A stretch of 64,000 nt of DNA from Rhodospirillaceae bacterium. GTDB lineage: Bacteria; Pseudomonadota; Alphaproteobacteria; Rhodospirillales; Rhodospirillaceae. Positions 1 to 8,150 of the stretch are shown piece by piece. Numbering within the stretch: position 1 is the first letter of the stretch; every line of letters begins with the position of its first letter. The notes under the pieces were generated by a model, which was not told where the DNA came from, made no database searches, and saw only the letters and a program-made list of their open reading frames with translations. The stretch covers positions 102,841 to 166,840 of the forward strand of contig JAVJSV010000007.1 of assembly GCA_040219235.1 (NCBI GenBank), in the 5' to 3' direction. A program made the position numbers and the translations under genes.

Positions 1-256
1 CGCCGCCGCGCGGAAATACAGCAACGCCTTGGCTGGTGGCCGCGGCTATCACTTGGGACAATTTCTCTATCGTGTCCGGTTGCAGCACGGCCAGCACGGC
101 TGGGCCCTGGTTGTAAACATCCTGAGAATAATAACTGCGCTCGGCTTCATCGGTGATGATGTTATCGTGGCCCAAAATTCCCGTCAGGGTCTTAATCAGA
201 GTGGAATGTGATCCGGATGACATCTCAACGGCTTCAGACATGACGGCTTCAGACAT
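1..256 (-). CDS. FAD-linked oxidase (GlcD / D-lactate dehydrogenase-like), N-terminal part; gene runs off the window start
   Basis: Hand translation of the minus strand from ATG at 256: MSEAVMSEAVEMSSGSHSTLIKTLTGILGHDNIITDEAERSYYSQDVYNQGPAVLAVLQPDTIEKLSQVIAAATSQGVAVFPRGG. This layout ending in PRGG(G) is the start of PCMH-type FAD-binding domains. It is absent from the ORF track because there is no stop in the window. Confidence 0.6.
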   Translation of the reverse strand, partial: MSEAVMSEAVEMSSGSHSTLIKTLTGILGHDNIITDEAERSYYSQDVYNQGPAVLAVLQPDTIEKLSQVIAAATSQGVAVFPRGG

Positions 257-361
257 GGGGGCCTCTTTCTCATTTCGCGCTTTTTAGCGCGCGGTGATCC
301 ATAACGATTTCAACTTTTACAGCTTTCATGAAGTGTTAGCTAGGCGCGGTTTTTAAATAGA

Positions 362-393
362 AAAAGGGTTGGCCTCGTGAGGCCAACCCTTTT
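362..393 (-). terminator. Rho-independent terminator after the TonB-dependent receptor gene
   Basis: Perfect 13-bp stem AAAAGGGTTGGCC / GGCCAACCCTTTT with loop TCGTGA, about 20 nt past the stop at 415. On the minus strand the stem ends in a T run. Confidence 0.65.
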
Positions 394-414
394 GTAGGCG
401 TCATGGACCTCTAT

Positions 415-2511
415 TTAGAATGTGACGTTGAGCGAAAATCGCGCGTTGATAGGTTCACCGGTTGATATGTTGTCGTTGCTATGCGCATCCGGGAAATAGG
501 TTTCATCCAGAAGGTTTTCGATATTGAGTTGAAGGCGAACGTCCTCTGAGAGCTTATAATACGCTGCCGCATCGAAGCGGATATAGCTTGGAATCTCCAC
601 CGTGTTATCTTCACTAACAAAGAAACTATCCTGATACGTTGCGCCCAAGCCAAATCCAAGCACGTCGCTCACCTGATAGGTGTTCCAGACTGAGAACATA
701 TGTTCAGGTGTCTGGCGTGTTCTGTTGCCATCGGCACCACTTCCATCCACACGCTGAACCTTGCCGTCCAGATAACTATAGCCAGTTGTGACGAACCACT
801 GGTCCGTAAGGTTGCCGGTGAACTGAACTTCGAATCCTTTGGTTTCAGATCCTTCGATAATGATCACTTGAGCCGCATCTTCTGGATCAACTGACGTGAA
901 GCTCTCACGATCTAAGTCGAACGCGGCAGCGGTCAGACTTAAGTCCGGCCTAATATCCCACTTCACGCCAACTTCTTTGTTCTTGTAGAATTGTGGGCGT
1001 GTGCTTTCTGCATCCAGGTTGAGGGTCAAAAATTGATCACCGGAGCGGGGCAGGAAGGTTTCGCTGTAGCTGGCGTAAAACGAAACATGATCGACTGGTT
1101 TAAAGATGGCCCCCAGTCGTGGTGTGAATTCTTCGTCAAGGCGACTGAATTGCGCGCCATTGAAGAGATCGTTGACCTCAATGTCGAACCGATCAAAGCG
1201 CCCACCGAGAACGATTTTGAGGCTCTCGGTCAGATCGACCTGATCTTGAAAGTATATCGATGCAAACTCGACTTCAGAGGCTCGATCACGAGCTGGGCTT
1301 GAAAAAGAGAATTCTGGAATGTTCAGCGGGTCCGTGAAGGGGATGAACAATTGGTCATCACCGTTAGAGGCAAACACGTTGTCGTTACGCGCGTTGGCTG
1401 TGTCTTGAGTGCCAAATTCAGCTCCAAACAAGATCGTGTGTCCGAAGCGTCCGGTTTCGAATTCACCAACCAGATTGGCCTGAATGATCAGGTTTTCGCG
1501 ATGGGTGGTGTCGAGGTAACCATCGAACTCCACTCCCGCGTACGTTCCATTCGTGACCAAAATTTTTTCACTCGCATAAAGGTTCTTATAGAGCTTTTCG
1601 AAATCAGCGTATTGAGCCGTAACATTTCCACGTAAGGAGTCTGAGAAGGCGTGATCAACTCGGGTTCGGAAAATGTGCGCTTCGAGGGTCGCGGTGTTTT
1701 CGTCCGGGGAGCCAAAGAAGGTCTTGTTAAACCCGTCTAACGGCACATCGGGTTCTCCATCGACATTTTGTGACGGCACACCACGGTCTACAATACGGTC
1801 ATCATCCACGTATTCGTAGGATAACAGAACGTCCGTGTCCGGCGAGGCTTGAAAAGCATAGGTGGGGTTAAGTGCAAACCGCTCGCCATCAAAAAAATCG
1901 CGGTGATTGTTCAGGCCGTCGTAAAAGGCATTGAAGCGCAAGGCGGCGGTGTCACCAATCGCGTAATTCACATCCCCAGCGACGTTATAGGCCCCAAACG
2001 TATCGATACTTGATGTAAAGCCCGTGAATTGCTCACCAAACTCTGGTCGTTTTGTTACCCGGTTGATCACGCCACCTGCGCCGCCACGCCCAAACAGCAG
2101 CGCGTTAGAGCCGCGCAGGATTTCAATTTGCTGCAAGTTGTATAGGGGTCGGAAGTATTGGACGTCGTCTCTCAATCCGTCGAGGAAAAAGTCTGCAGTG
2201 GTTTGGTTGCCGCGAATGATGATCGCATCTCTGTGGCCTTCGCCCTGGCTAATGGAGAGACCAGGCGTATAGCGCAGTACATCACCGAAATTGGTGAACG
2301 CCTGTTTGGCAATTTGTTCGCTACTGACGATCGATAAGCTCTGCGGCACGTCGATAATCGGTGTTGGTGTTTTCACGGCATTCAGTTTGTCGAGTGAGAG
2401 ATATTTTCCGGTCACGATAACTTCGTCCAAGGCTTCTTCGCCAAGTGCTGTGCCAGATAGGAGGAGCGGAGCAAGAACAGTGGTGAGCTTTAACGTGTGT
2501 GTGTGCCGCAT
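415..2511 (-). CDS. TonB-dependent outer-membrane receptor, siderophore-receptor type
   Basis: 698 aa. Signal peptide MRHTHTLKLTTVLAPLLLSGTALG, TonB-box-like DEVIVTG, plug motif NALLFGRGGAGGVINRVTK, long beta-barrel region, C-terminal aromatic residue (...RFSLNVTF). A Fur box lies upstream. Confidence 0.9.
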   Translation of the reverse strand: MRHTHTLKLTTVLAPLLLSGTALGEEALDEVIVTGKYLSLDKLNAVKTPTPIIDVPQSLSIVSSEQIAKQAFTNFGDVLRYTPGLSISQGEGHRDAIIIRGNQTTADFFLDGLRDDVQYFRPLYNLQQIEILRGSNALLFGRGGAGGVINRVTKRPEFGEQFTGFTSSIDTFGAYNVAGDVNYAIGDTAALRFNAFYDGLNNHRDFFDGERFALNPTYAFQASPDTDVLLSYEYVDDDRIVDRGVPSQNVDGEPDVPLDGFNKTFFGSPDENTATLEAHIFRTRVDHAFSDSLRGNVTAQYADFEKLYKNLYASEKILVTNGTYAGVEFDGYLDTTHRENLIIQANLVGEFETGRFGHTILFGAEFGTQDTANARNDNVFASNGDDQLFIPFTDPLNIPEFSFSSPARDRASEVEFASIYFQDQVDLTESLKIVLGGRFDRFDIEVNDLFNGAQFSRLDEEFTPRLGAIFKPVDHVSFYASYSETFLPRSGDQFLTLNLDAESTRPQFYKNKEVGVKWDIRPDLSLTAAAFDLDRESFTSVDPEDAAQVIIIEGSETKGFEVQFTGNLTDQWFVTTGYSYLDGKVQRVDGSGADGNRTRQTPEHMFSVWNTYQVSDVLGFGLGATYQDSFFVSEDNTVEIPSYIRFDAAAYYKLSEDVRLQLNIENLLDETYFPDAHSNDNISTGEPINARFSLNVTF

Positions 2512-2563
2512 GGTGGGTGTTAGATCCTTAGTTAAGATTCATTCGCAACACCTCCTTATTATT

Positions 2564-2582
2564 GATAATAATTATCATTATC
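2564..2582. promoter_or_regulatory. Fur box (ferric uptake regulator operator)
   Basis: GATAATAATTATCATTATC matches the 19-bp consensus GATAATGATAATCATTATC at 17 of 19 positions. It lies 53-71 nt upstream of the receptor start codon at 2511, in an AT-rich stretch. Confidence 0.7.
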
Positions 2583-2773
2583 AACTTATATTTTGAGGAA
2601 ACCCATATTTTATGAACCACCGCCGGTCGCTTGTGGTCGCATCAGTTATCGGTGGGAGGTTAGGACGTCCGGTAGGTCGCAATGGCTCGGCTTAAGAGCG
2701 AGCGGCGACGCATCTGCGGGACTGACAGATGAACCCTGTTTCAGAGCTTAAAGATGGACGACCAGGAATTAGG

Positions 2774-3574
2774 TTATTTGACTGGTGTATGCGCTTCATC
2801 AAAGGCAGCGCCGATGGCTTTGGCCGTCTCTTTCATAAAACCGAAGTGTTTGTCGATGGCCTGATCTGCCGTAATGGCCGAGCGGATAAACCGCACCACC
2901 AGGCCGCCAATCACGTTGCCTTTCACAAACAACGGTACGGCAATGCTCGTTTCCGACATCGAAGGATTGTCGTATACGGCGTACCCATTGCGTCGCACTT
3001 CCGATAAAATCCGGCTCACCATCTCGCGGTCGCGGGCAATGGTGTCTTCCACGCGGTCTGATTTCTTTAAAACTTCCAGCAGCACGTCCCGCTGCTCTTC
3101 GCTGCAGAACGCCAAGTACACACGTCCGGAAGACGACCCCAAAATCGGCACCCGCAATCCGGCGGAATAGCGTTCCAGGGCGAGGGGGCTGTCGCGGTCG
3201 GTGGTTTCCCGCACCAACATCGACATGCCGCTGAGCGTTGAGATGGCCAAAGGCCACACCACATCTCCCGCCAGCTTGTTCAGCATGGGCTTGGCAATCT
3301 CTTGCACCCAGGATTCATCATCATAGCCGTCCGACAGCGAGCGGACTTTTGTGGTCAGGCGATAACGGTCATCGCTCTGGTCTCGGACGGCATAGCCGGC
3401 GACACATAAGGTTTCCAAAACCCGATAGGCCGTGGTCCGTGGCAGTTTTACGGCTTTGGCTACATCGGTCACTGTTGCGCCATTGTGGCGATTAAGTTGC
3501 TGCAGGGCATCTAGTCCGCGCATCAACGCTCGGATTGGGCGAACAGAGTCTTCGCTTTGTTTTTTTGTCGGCAT
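2774..3574 (-). CDS. IclR-family transcriptional regulator
   Basis: Track ORF 2774..3703 trimmed to ATG 3574 (MPTKKQSEDSVRPIRALMRGLDALQQLN...). Winged HTH ATVTDVAKAVKLPRTTAYRVLETLCVAGYAVRD plus a C-terminal IclR effector-type domain. Divergent from the 3900-7629 operon. Confidence 0.85.
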   Translation of the reverse strand: MPTKKQSEDSVRPIRALMRGLDALQQLNRHNGATVTDVAKAVKLPRTTAYRVLETLCVAGYAVRDQSDDRYRLTTKVRSLSDGYDDESWVQEIAKPMLNKLAGDVVWPLAISTLSGMSMLVRETTDRDSPLALERYSAGLRVPILGSSSGRVYLAFCSEEQRDVLLEVLKKSDRVEDTIARDREMVSRILSEVRRNGYAVYDNPSMSETSIAVPLFVKGNVIGGLVVRFIRSAITADQAIDKHFGFMKETAKAIGAAFDEAHTPVK

Positions 3575-3833
3575 AAGTGCGTGTCCCGGATAAGGGTGAT
3601 GTGTCGTCCTGGAAACATATGAAGTGTCTATAGGCGCGGCCCTGATCGTCCAATCCTGACCACTCTGTGGAGGTATAAGACCGCCTGTGGCGCAATTGAA
3701 CACGAGGGTATATCAAGCCGACCACCAGATGGACATCATATGTGGTTCGAGGGCGCTATCATCCTAAAATACTAGATATTGGTGTTAACCAAAATGATGC
3801 CCTAATGCCTTTAATACCCGATGAAAATGTGAT

Positions 3834-3880
3834 GGATATGGGACGGTTACGCCTTTTAAAGGATATGGGGCGGTTACGAC
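3834..3880 (+). promoter_or_regulatory. Direct repeat (27-bp period) just upstream of the flavin reductase gene; candidate operator
   Basis: GGATATGGGACGGTTACG (3834-3851) and GGATATGGGGCGGTTACG (3861-3878) agree at 17 of 18 positions. They lie in the IclR / operon divergent region. Confidence 0.3.
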
Positions 3881-3899
3881 CCTTACAAATGGATTTACT

Positions 3900-4487
3900 G
3901 TGAGCACTGACTCTTTTCTATCTCCCACCAATGCTAAAATCGGTTTGCAGGCTAATGAAACCAATGATTTAACAATCGATGGCGAATCCGGCCTTGATCC
4001 TTCCACCAGCGCGGACGCCCGCCGGGCCTTCCGGGATACCCTGGGCCAGTTTTGCACGGGTGTCACCGCTGTTACTACAATTTCACCGGATGATGAGTGG
4101 GTCGGTATCACCGCAAACTCATTTAATTCCCTCTCCCTGGATCCACCGCTCATCCTCTGGAGCATTGCCCGCACCACGCCCAGTTTTGACTTATTCAAAG
4201 CGGGCGATCCGTTTGTGGTGAATGTCTTATCCGCCGCACAAGAAGAACTGGCCATGCAGTTCGCTCAATCCGGGGCAGACAAATTCAAAAATGTCAAAAC
4301 CCATCCCGGATTGCGGGGTATTCCCATCATTGATGGTTGCGTCGCGTACTTGGAATGCGATGTGGAAGCGCGGCACCCCGGAGGGGATCACGACATCATC
4401 GTGGGCCGCGTGCGCCGGGTCTTCAATCTCAGTAAAGCTCCACTTTTATTCCACGGTGGAGCATTTCATTCGCTTCCTGAACGATAA
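3900..4487 (+). CDS. Flavin reductase-like FMN-binding protein (HpaC/NtaB type)
   Basis: FRDTLGQFCTGVTAVTT...GITANSFNSLSLDPPLILWSI...GGDHDIIVGRV is the split-barrel flavin reductase domain. The GTG at 3900 gives the longest ORF, but about 45 aa precede the domain, so the start is uncertain. Confidence 0.8.
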   Translation: MSTDSFLSPTNAKIGLQANETNDLTIDGESGLDPSTSADARRAFRDTLGQFCTGVTAVTTISPDDEWVGITANSFNSLSLDPPLILWSIARTTPSFDLFKAGDPFVVNVLSAAQEELAMQFAQSGADKFKNVKTHPGLRGIPIIDGCVAYLECDVEARHPGGDHDIIVGRVRRVFNLSKAPLLFHGGAFHSLPER

Positions 4488-4660
4488 AAGAGAACTGTAT
4501 CGCGCCTGCTCAACGGCCATGACCTAATTACTGATCACGGCGTGGATAACTGGGTAGCCTGCCTTGTTCCTCCTAGGACGAGTGCTAAAACCGTATCCAA
4601 CAGTTTGCCAGGGCGGTGCCACGTCCAGCTTCTATCTTAAGAGTTCAAGGACGCAACAGC

Positions 4661-5872
4661 ATGTCGATTAATATTATGGGAAAAGATCCGGTCATCATCG
4701 CAGGCGCGGGGCCCGTCGGATGTACCTTGGCCCTCTATCTGGCACAGAAAAACGTCCCGATTGTGCTGCTTGAAGCGGACAGCGAGCTCCCGGAAGATTT
4801 GCGCGCCTCCACCTGGCATCCGCCGACCTTGGATATGCTCGACGAGCTTGGCATCACTGAGGAATTAATTGGCACCGGACTTCTGGTGCCGAACTATCAA
4901 TACCGCGATCGACGCACCGGCGAATATGCCGACTTTGAAATGGCCATGCTGGGCGACACCACAAAGCATCACTATCGTTTGCAGACCGAGCAGTTCCGCC
5001 TGACCCGTATTGTCTGCCGTATACTGGAAGACATGCCCAACGCGGACGTGCGTTTCAATCACAAGGTTACCAACGTGTCGCAAGACGATGAAAGCGTGAC
5101 CGTGACCGTTGAAACGCCCGAAGGTGAGCAGAACATTCGCGGCTCCATCGTGTTTGGGGGCGACGGGGCCAACAGTGCCATCCGTCGTAAAGCGTCCATT
5201 GAATTCGAAGGCTTTACCTATCCTGAGAAATTCCTGGTCGCCTCAACATCCTATCCATTGCAAGATCATTTCCCCGGATTGGCCTGGGTTAACTATGTGT
5301 CTGATCCTGATGAATGGTGTGTGTTGTTGCGCTGTAACAACCTCTGGCGCTGCTTGTTCCCAACACCACCCGAATATACCAACGAACAACTGCTGTCGGA
5401 TGAGTACATTCAAGAGCGTCTGCATTTCCTCGCGGACGTTGAAGGCGACTTCGAGGTCAAACACCGCACACTCTACAACGTGCATCAGCGTGTGGCATCG
5501 ACCTACCGCATCGGTCGCATCCTCTTGGGCGGCGACTCAGCGCACGTCAACAACCCACTCGGGGGCATGGGCATGAATGGTGGCATCCATGATGCCATCA
5601 ATCTGGCCGAAAAATTGATCATGATGGTCAGTGGCGAAGCCAACGACAGCATCCTTGATTTGTACGACCGTCAGCGCCGCATCATCTGCAAAGAGTTTGT
5701 CCAGGCGCAGTCCATCGCCAACAAGAAGGCCATCGAAGCGGCTGATGCGGAAGCGCATAAAAAACAGCAGGAGAAGTACATGCAGGCTGCGGCTGATCCG
5801 GCGTTGGCCAAAGCGTTCCTGATGCGCACCTCGATGATTGATAGCGTGCGGGATTCTTACCAGATCACTTGA
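4661..5872 (+). CDS. FAD-dependent (group A, single-component) aromatic-ring monooxygenase
   Basis: VIIAGAGPVGCTLALYLAQKNVPIVLLE (GxGxxG), GGDGANSAIR, GGDSAHVNNPLGGMGMNGGIHDA (GD motif). Start moved from 4616 to ATG 4661. Confidence 0.85.
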   Translation: MSINIMGKDPVIIAGAGPVGCTLALYLAQKNVPIVLLEADSELPEDLRASTWHPPTLDMLDELGITEELIGTGLLVPNYQYRDRRTGEYADFEMAMLGDTTKHHYRLQTEQFRLTRIVCRILEDMPNADVRFNHKVTNVSQDDESVTVTVETPEGEQNIRGSIVFGGDGANSAIRRKASIEFEGFTYPEKFLVASTSYPLQDHFPGLAWVNYVSDPDEWCVLLRCNNLWRCLFPTPPEYTNEQLLSDEYIQERLHFLADVEGDFEVKHRTLYNVHQRVASTYRIGRILLGGDSAHVNNPLGGMGMNGGIHDAINLAEKLIMMVSGEANDSILDLYDRQRRIICKEFVQAQSIANKKAIEAADAEAHKKQQEKYMQAAADPALAKAFLMRTSMIDSVRDSYQIT

Positions 5873-5908
5873 TTGATTTAAGGACGGAGAACGGCTTCGG
5901 AGGGTTCT

Positions 5909-6664
5909 ATGGTTGATTCACTTGGCTACCGCATGAAGTTCGGCGTCATTGCGCCGTCGACCAACACCAGTGTCGAGCCTGAATACGCGTTGATGCAGCC
6001 GAAGGGCATCACCAACCATTTTTGCCGCATTGAAATTCCCGATGATCCGGTGCACTCCGATGAAGACTTCGAGCAACTGCTGGTCAATATTCGTGGTGCC
6101 ACTGACGTTGCCATGGATCGTGTCATGACCTGTTCGCCAGGCTTTGTCATCATGGGGATGTCGGCGGAAACGTTCTGGGATGGCGCTGACGGCGCAGAAG
6201 CCTTGCATCAAAAGATGGAAGCGCGCGCTGGGGTAGGGGTCTCACTCGGCTCACATGCTTGCGAGCATGCTTTAAAAGCTTATGGCGAAGAAAAACCCAT
6301 CAAGACGCTGGGTGTGCTGACGCCTTACATGCCTGCCGGTGATGCCATGGTGCGCAAGTTCTTTACCGACAACGGCTATGAGGTGAAGGCATTGATTGGC
6401 CTCAAAAGCCCAAGCCCCATGTTGATTGCCCATGAGCCGCCTGAGAAATTGCGCCAAGCCATTATCGAGTTGAATCAGGCTGATGTGGATTGCATCATTC
6501 AGGTCGGCACCAACCTGGCCTGTATGCAGGTCGCCGCCGAAGCTGAGCGCTGGTTGAACAAACCTGTGATCGCCATCAACGCCGCCACTTATTGGCACTC
6601 GCTGCGCCGCAATGGATTCACCGATAAAGTACAGGGCTGCGGACGTCTTCTCGAAGACTGGTAA
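5909..6664 (+). CDS. Asp/Glu/hydantoin racemase superfamily protein, maleate isomerase / arylmalonate decarboxylase-like
   Basis: KFGVIAPSTNTSVEPEY N-terminal motif and two candidate catalytic Cys (MTCSPG, GTNLACMQ), spaced as in maleate cis-trans isomerases. Confidence 0.7.
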   Translation: MVDSLGYRMKFGVIAPSTNTSVEPEYALMQPKGITNHFCRIEIPDDPVHSDEDFEQLLVNIRGATDVAMDRVMTCSPGFVIMGMSAETFWDGADGAEALHQKMEARAGVGVSLGSHACEHALKAYGEEKPIKTLGVLTPYMPAGDAMVRKFFTDNGYEVKALIGLKSPSPMLIAHEPPEKLRQAIIELNQADVDCIIQVGTNLACMQVAAEAERWLNKPVIAINAATYWHSLRRNGFTDKVQGCGRLLEDW

Positions 6665-6714
6665 TCCACATCCATCCGAAACACACTGACACCCCAATTT
6701 AGGAGAACGTCCCC

Positions 6715-7629
6715 GTGGTAATGAGTTATCCCTTCTCGGGCATCGCCCAACGCGGCCCACTGAAATGGCCTGACAATAAAAAAGTCGCCCTGATGCTCAC
6801 TCTGAATCTGGAGCACTGGGACATGACCAAGGACACCGACGAAGGCTACTACGCCGGTGGACCAGCGATTCTGCCTGACATTCTCCCGGGCCGTATTCCC
6901 GATTTCCCAAACTTCACCTGGCGAGAGTATGGCCAGCGCGTTGGCATCTGGCGTTTGTTCGATGCCTTTCGTAAATCCGGTGTGGCACCGGGCTGTACCG
7001 TCAACGCCAAGACGTTGTTAGAACGCCCCGAAATTGCCCAAGTGCCGAAGGATGAAGGCTGGGAAGTGGTTGCCCATAACTACGAGCAAGGCGAATTGCT
7101 CACGGGACTTAACGGCGACCTCGCGGCAGAACGAAAAATCGTTGAAGCCACGCTCAAGGAATATGAAAAGTTTTACGGCAAGCCCGCCAAGGGATGGTTG
7201 TCATCGTCCTTGCGGGGCACTCCGAACACGCCGGAAATTCTGGCCGAGAACGGCTGCATCTTCTTCTGTGATTTGTTGAACGATGATCAGCCCTACATGC
7301 TGCAAACCGATGCCGGCCCGATTGTCTCAACCCCGTACTCTAACGAGATCAACGACTTCACCATTCTCACCCGCCGGGGTCACACCACCGATGAAATGCG
7401 CGATATCCTGATCGAAGAACTGACCGTGCTTCATCGCGAAGCCACCGAGCAGGGCTCAGGCCGGATGATGAATGTGGGGCTTCACCCGCACGTCACAGGC
7501 CGCGCCTATCGAGTCCGCGCCATCACAGAATTCCTGGACTTCGCCAAAAGCCTCGACGGTGTTTGGTTCGCCACCCGCGAAGGCATCGCCGAGTGGTATA
7601 TGGAAAACAACGAAGGGCATATTAAATAG
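6715..7629 (+). CDS. Polysaccharide-deacetylase (NodB) fold hydrolase, PuuE-allantoinase-like branch
   Basis: WPDNKKVALMLTLNLE...FTWREYGQRVGIWRLFDAFRKSGV...EVVAHNYEQ parallels the YEYGSRAGVWRLL...SHGYRW region of PuuE-type enzymes. The start is GTG 6715 or ATG 6721. Confidence 0.7.
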   Translation: MVMSYPFSGIAQRGPLKWPDNKKVALMLTLNLEHWDMTKDTDEGYYAGGPAILPDILPGRIPDFPNFTWREYGQRVGIWRLFDAFRKSGVAPGCTVNAKTLLERPEIAQVPKDEGWEVVAHNYEQGELLTGLNGDLAAERKIVEATLKEYEKFYGKPAKGWLSSSLRGTPNTPEILAENGCIFFCDLLNDDQPYMLQTDAGPIVSTPYSNEINDFTILTRRGHTTDEMRDILIEELTVLHREATEQGSGRMMNVGLHPHVTGRAYRVRAITEFLDFAKSLDGVWFATREGIAEWYMENNEGHIK

Positions 7630-7630
7630 G

Positions 7631-7890
7631 CACGCGCATAGTAAAACAGCGGAGCTGTTTTAGGACGTGGCGCGTGCGGCATAAAAACCACGGCGCATAG
7701 TAAAACAGCGGAGCTGTTTTAGGACGTGGCGCGTGCGGCATAATAACCACGGCGCATAGTAAAACAGCGTCATGCGTTAGCGTGCAAACTATAAAGCTGT
7801 TTTAGGACGTGGCACGTGCACAAAAAAACACGGCGCATAGTGAGACGGCATTTCGCCGTCTCAGGGCGTAATGCGTGCACAATAAAAATT
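7631..7890. repeat. Tandem repeat of four units (period 59, 59 and 81 bp), each carrying a hairpin
   Basis: The GCGCATAG core recurs at 7634, 7693, 7752 and 7833. Units 1 and 2 are near-identical (GCGCATAGTAAAACAGCGGAGCTGTTTTAGGACGTGGCGCGTGCGGCATAA). Unit 3 has a 22-bp insertion in the hairpin loop. Unit 4 has a different hairpin, GAGACGGCATTTCGCCGTCTC. The array begins right after the stop codon at 7629. Confidence 0.9.
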
Positions 7891-7902
7891 ATAATTCCTA
7901 TT

Positions 7903-7932
7903 CGTCATGCTCGGATTTAGTCCGAGCATCCA
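7903..7932 (-). repeat. REP-like dispersed hairpin element (copy 1)
   Basis: Stem ATGCTCGGA / TCCGAGCAT with loop TTTAG. Its reverse complement CTGGATGCTCGGACTAAATCCGAGCATGAC matches 14116-14146 at 26 of 30 positions. Confidence 0.75.
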
Positions 7933-7960
7933 GAGTAACAAACTCTGTGCGTGCGTTATG

Positions 7961-7992
7961 CCCTGGGCCCTCGGCCTAAAGCCGAGGGTGAC
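7961..7992 (+). repeat. REP-like hairpin element (variant copy)
   Basis: CCTGGG followed by stem CCCTCGGC / GCCGAGGG with loop CTAAA. Same architecture and loop as the 14116 copy. Confidence 0.6.
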
Positions 7993-8134
7993 AGTTGGGC
8001 TTTACTCAAGACGTGGCGTACGCCTTAAAATTCCGTCGTCCCAGGGTTTATGGAATTTATCCTTGCGCCGTCCACCTAAAGCCACGGGCTAAAATCAAGC
8101 ACTTTCGGTTTTGGCGTTTGCAGCATGACCCGCT

Positions 8135-8150
8135 GTGACTATTTAGTCAC
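8135..8150. promoter_or_regulatory. Perfect palindrome upstream of the second TonB-dependent receptor; candidate operator
   Basis: GTGACTA-TT-TAGTCAC, a 7-bp perfect inverted repeat about 170 nt upstream of the start at 8321. Confidence 0.25.

Noticed and set aside
228-257. The observation that most 15-bp duplications contain an ATG, and that two of them share the 9-mer CATGTCTGA (228-257 and 57435-57464), as evidence for a start-codon-targeted mechanism.
   Set aside because: This is a post hoc pattern. The 12-bp (51098), 22-bp (56210) and 24-bp (60682) duplications do not fit it. Survival of duplications in N-terminal leaders, where ATGs are present anyway, explains it more simply. It needs genome-wide statistics before any claim.
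2774-3703. N-terminal extensions in the track ORFs: 2774..3703, 4616, 10590, 29922, 34223, 46100, 47256, 52218, 53614, 56308 and 61081.
   Set aside because: In each case an internal start gives a canonical N-terminus (signal peptide, lipobox, HTH or GxGxxG start, or a 4-nt overlap with the upstream stop). The extension overlaps neighbouring genes or promoter DNA.
3900-7629. Naming the operon as nicotinate (nic) or urate/allantoin (hpx/puu) catabolism.
   Set aside because: Key steps are missing: no NicX-type dioxygenase or NicF/NicD, and no HIU hydrolase or OHCU decarboxylase. The racemase-fold protein has a maleate-isomerase-like PS(T/S)NT motif rather than an allantoin-racemase-like N-terminus. 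The evidence supports a hypothesis only.
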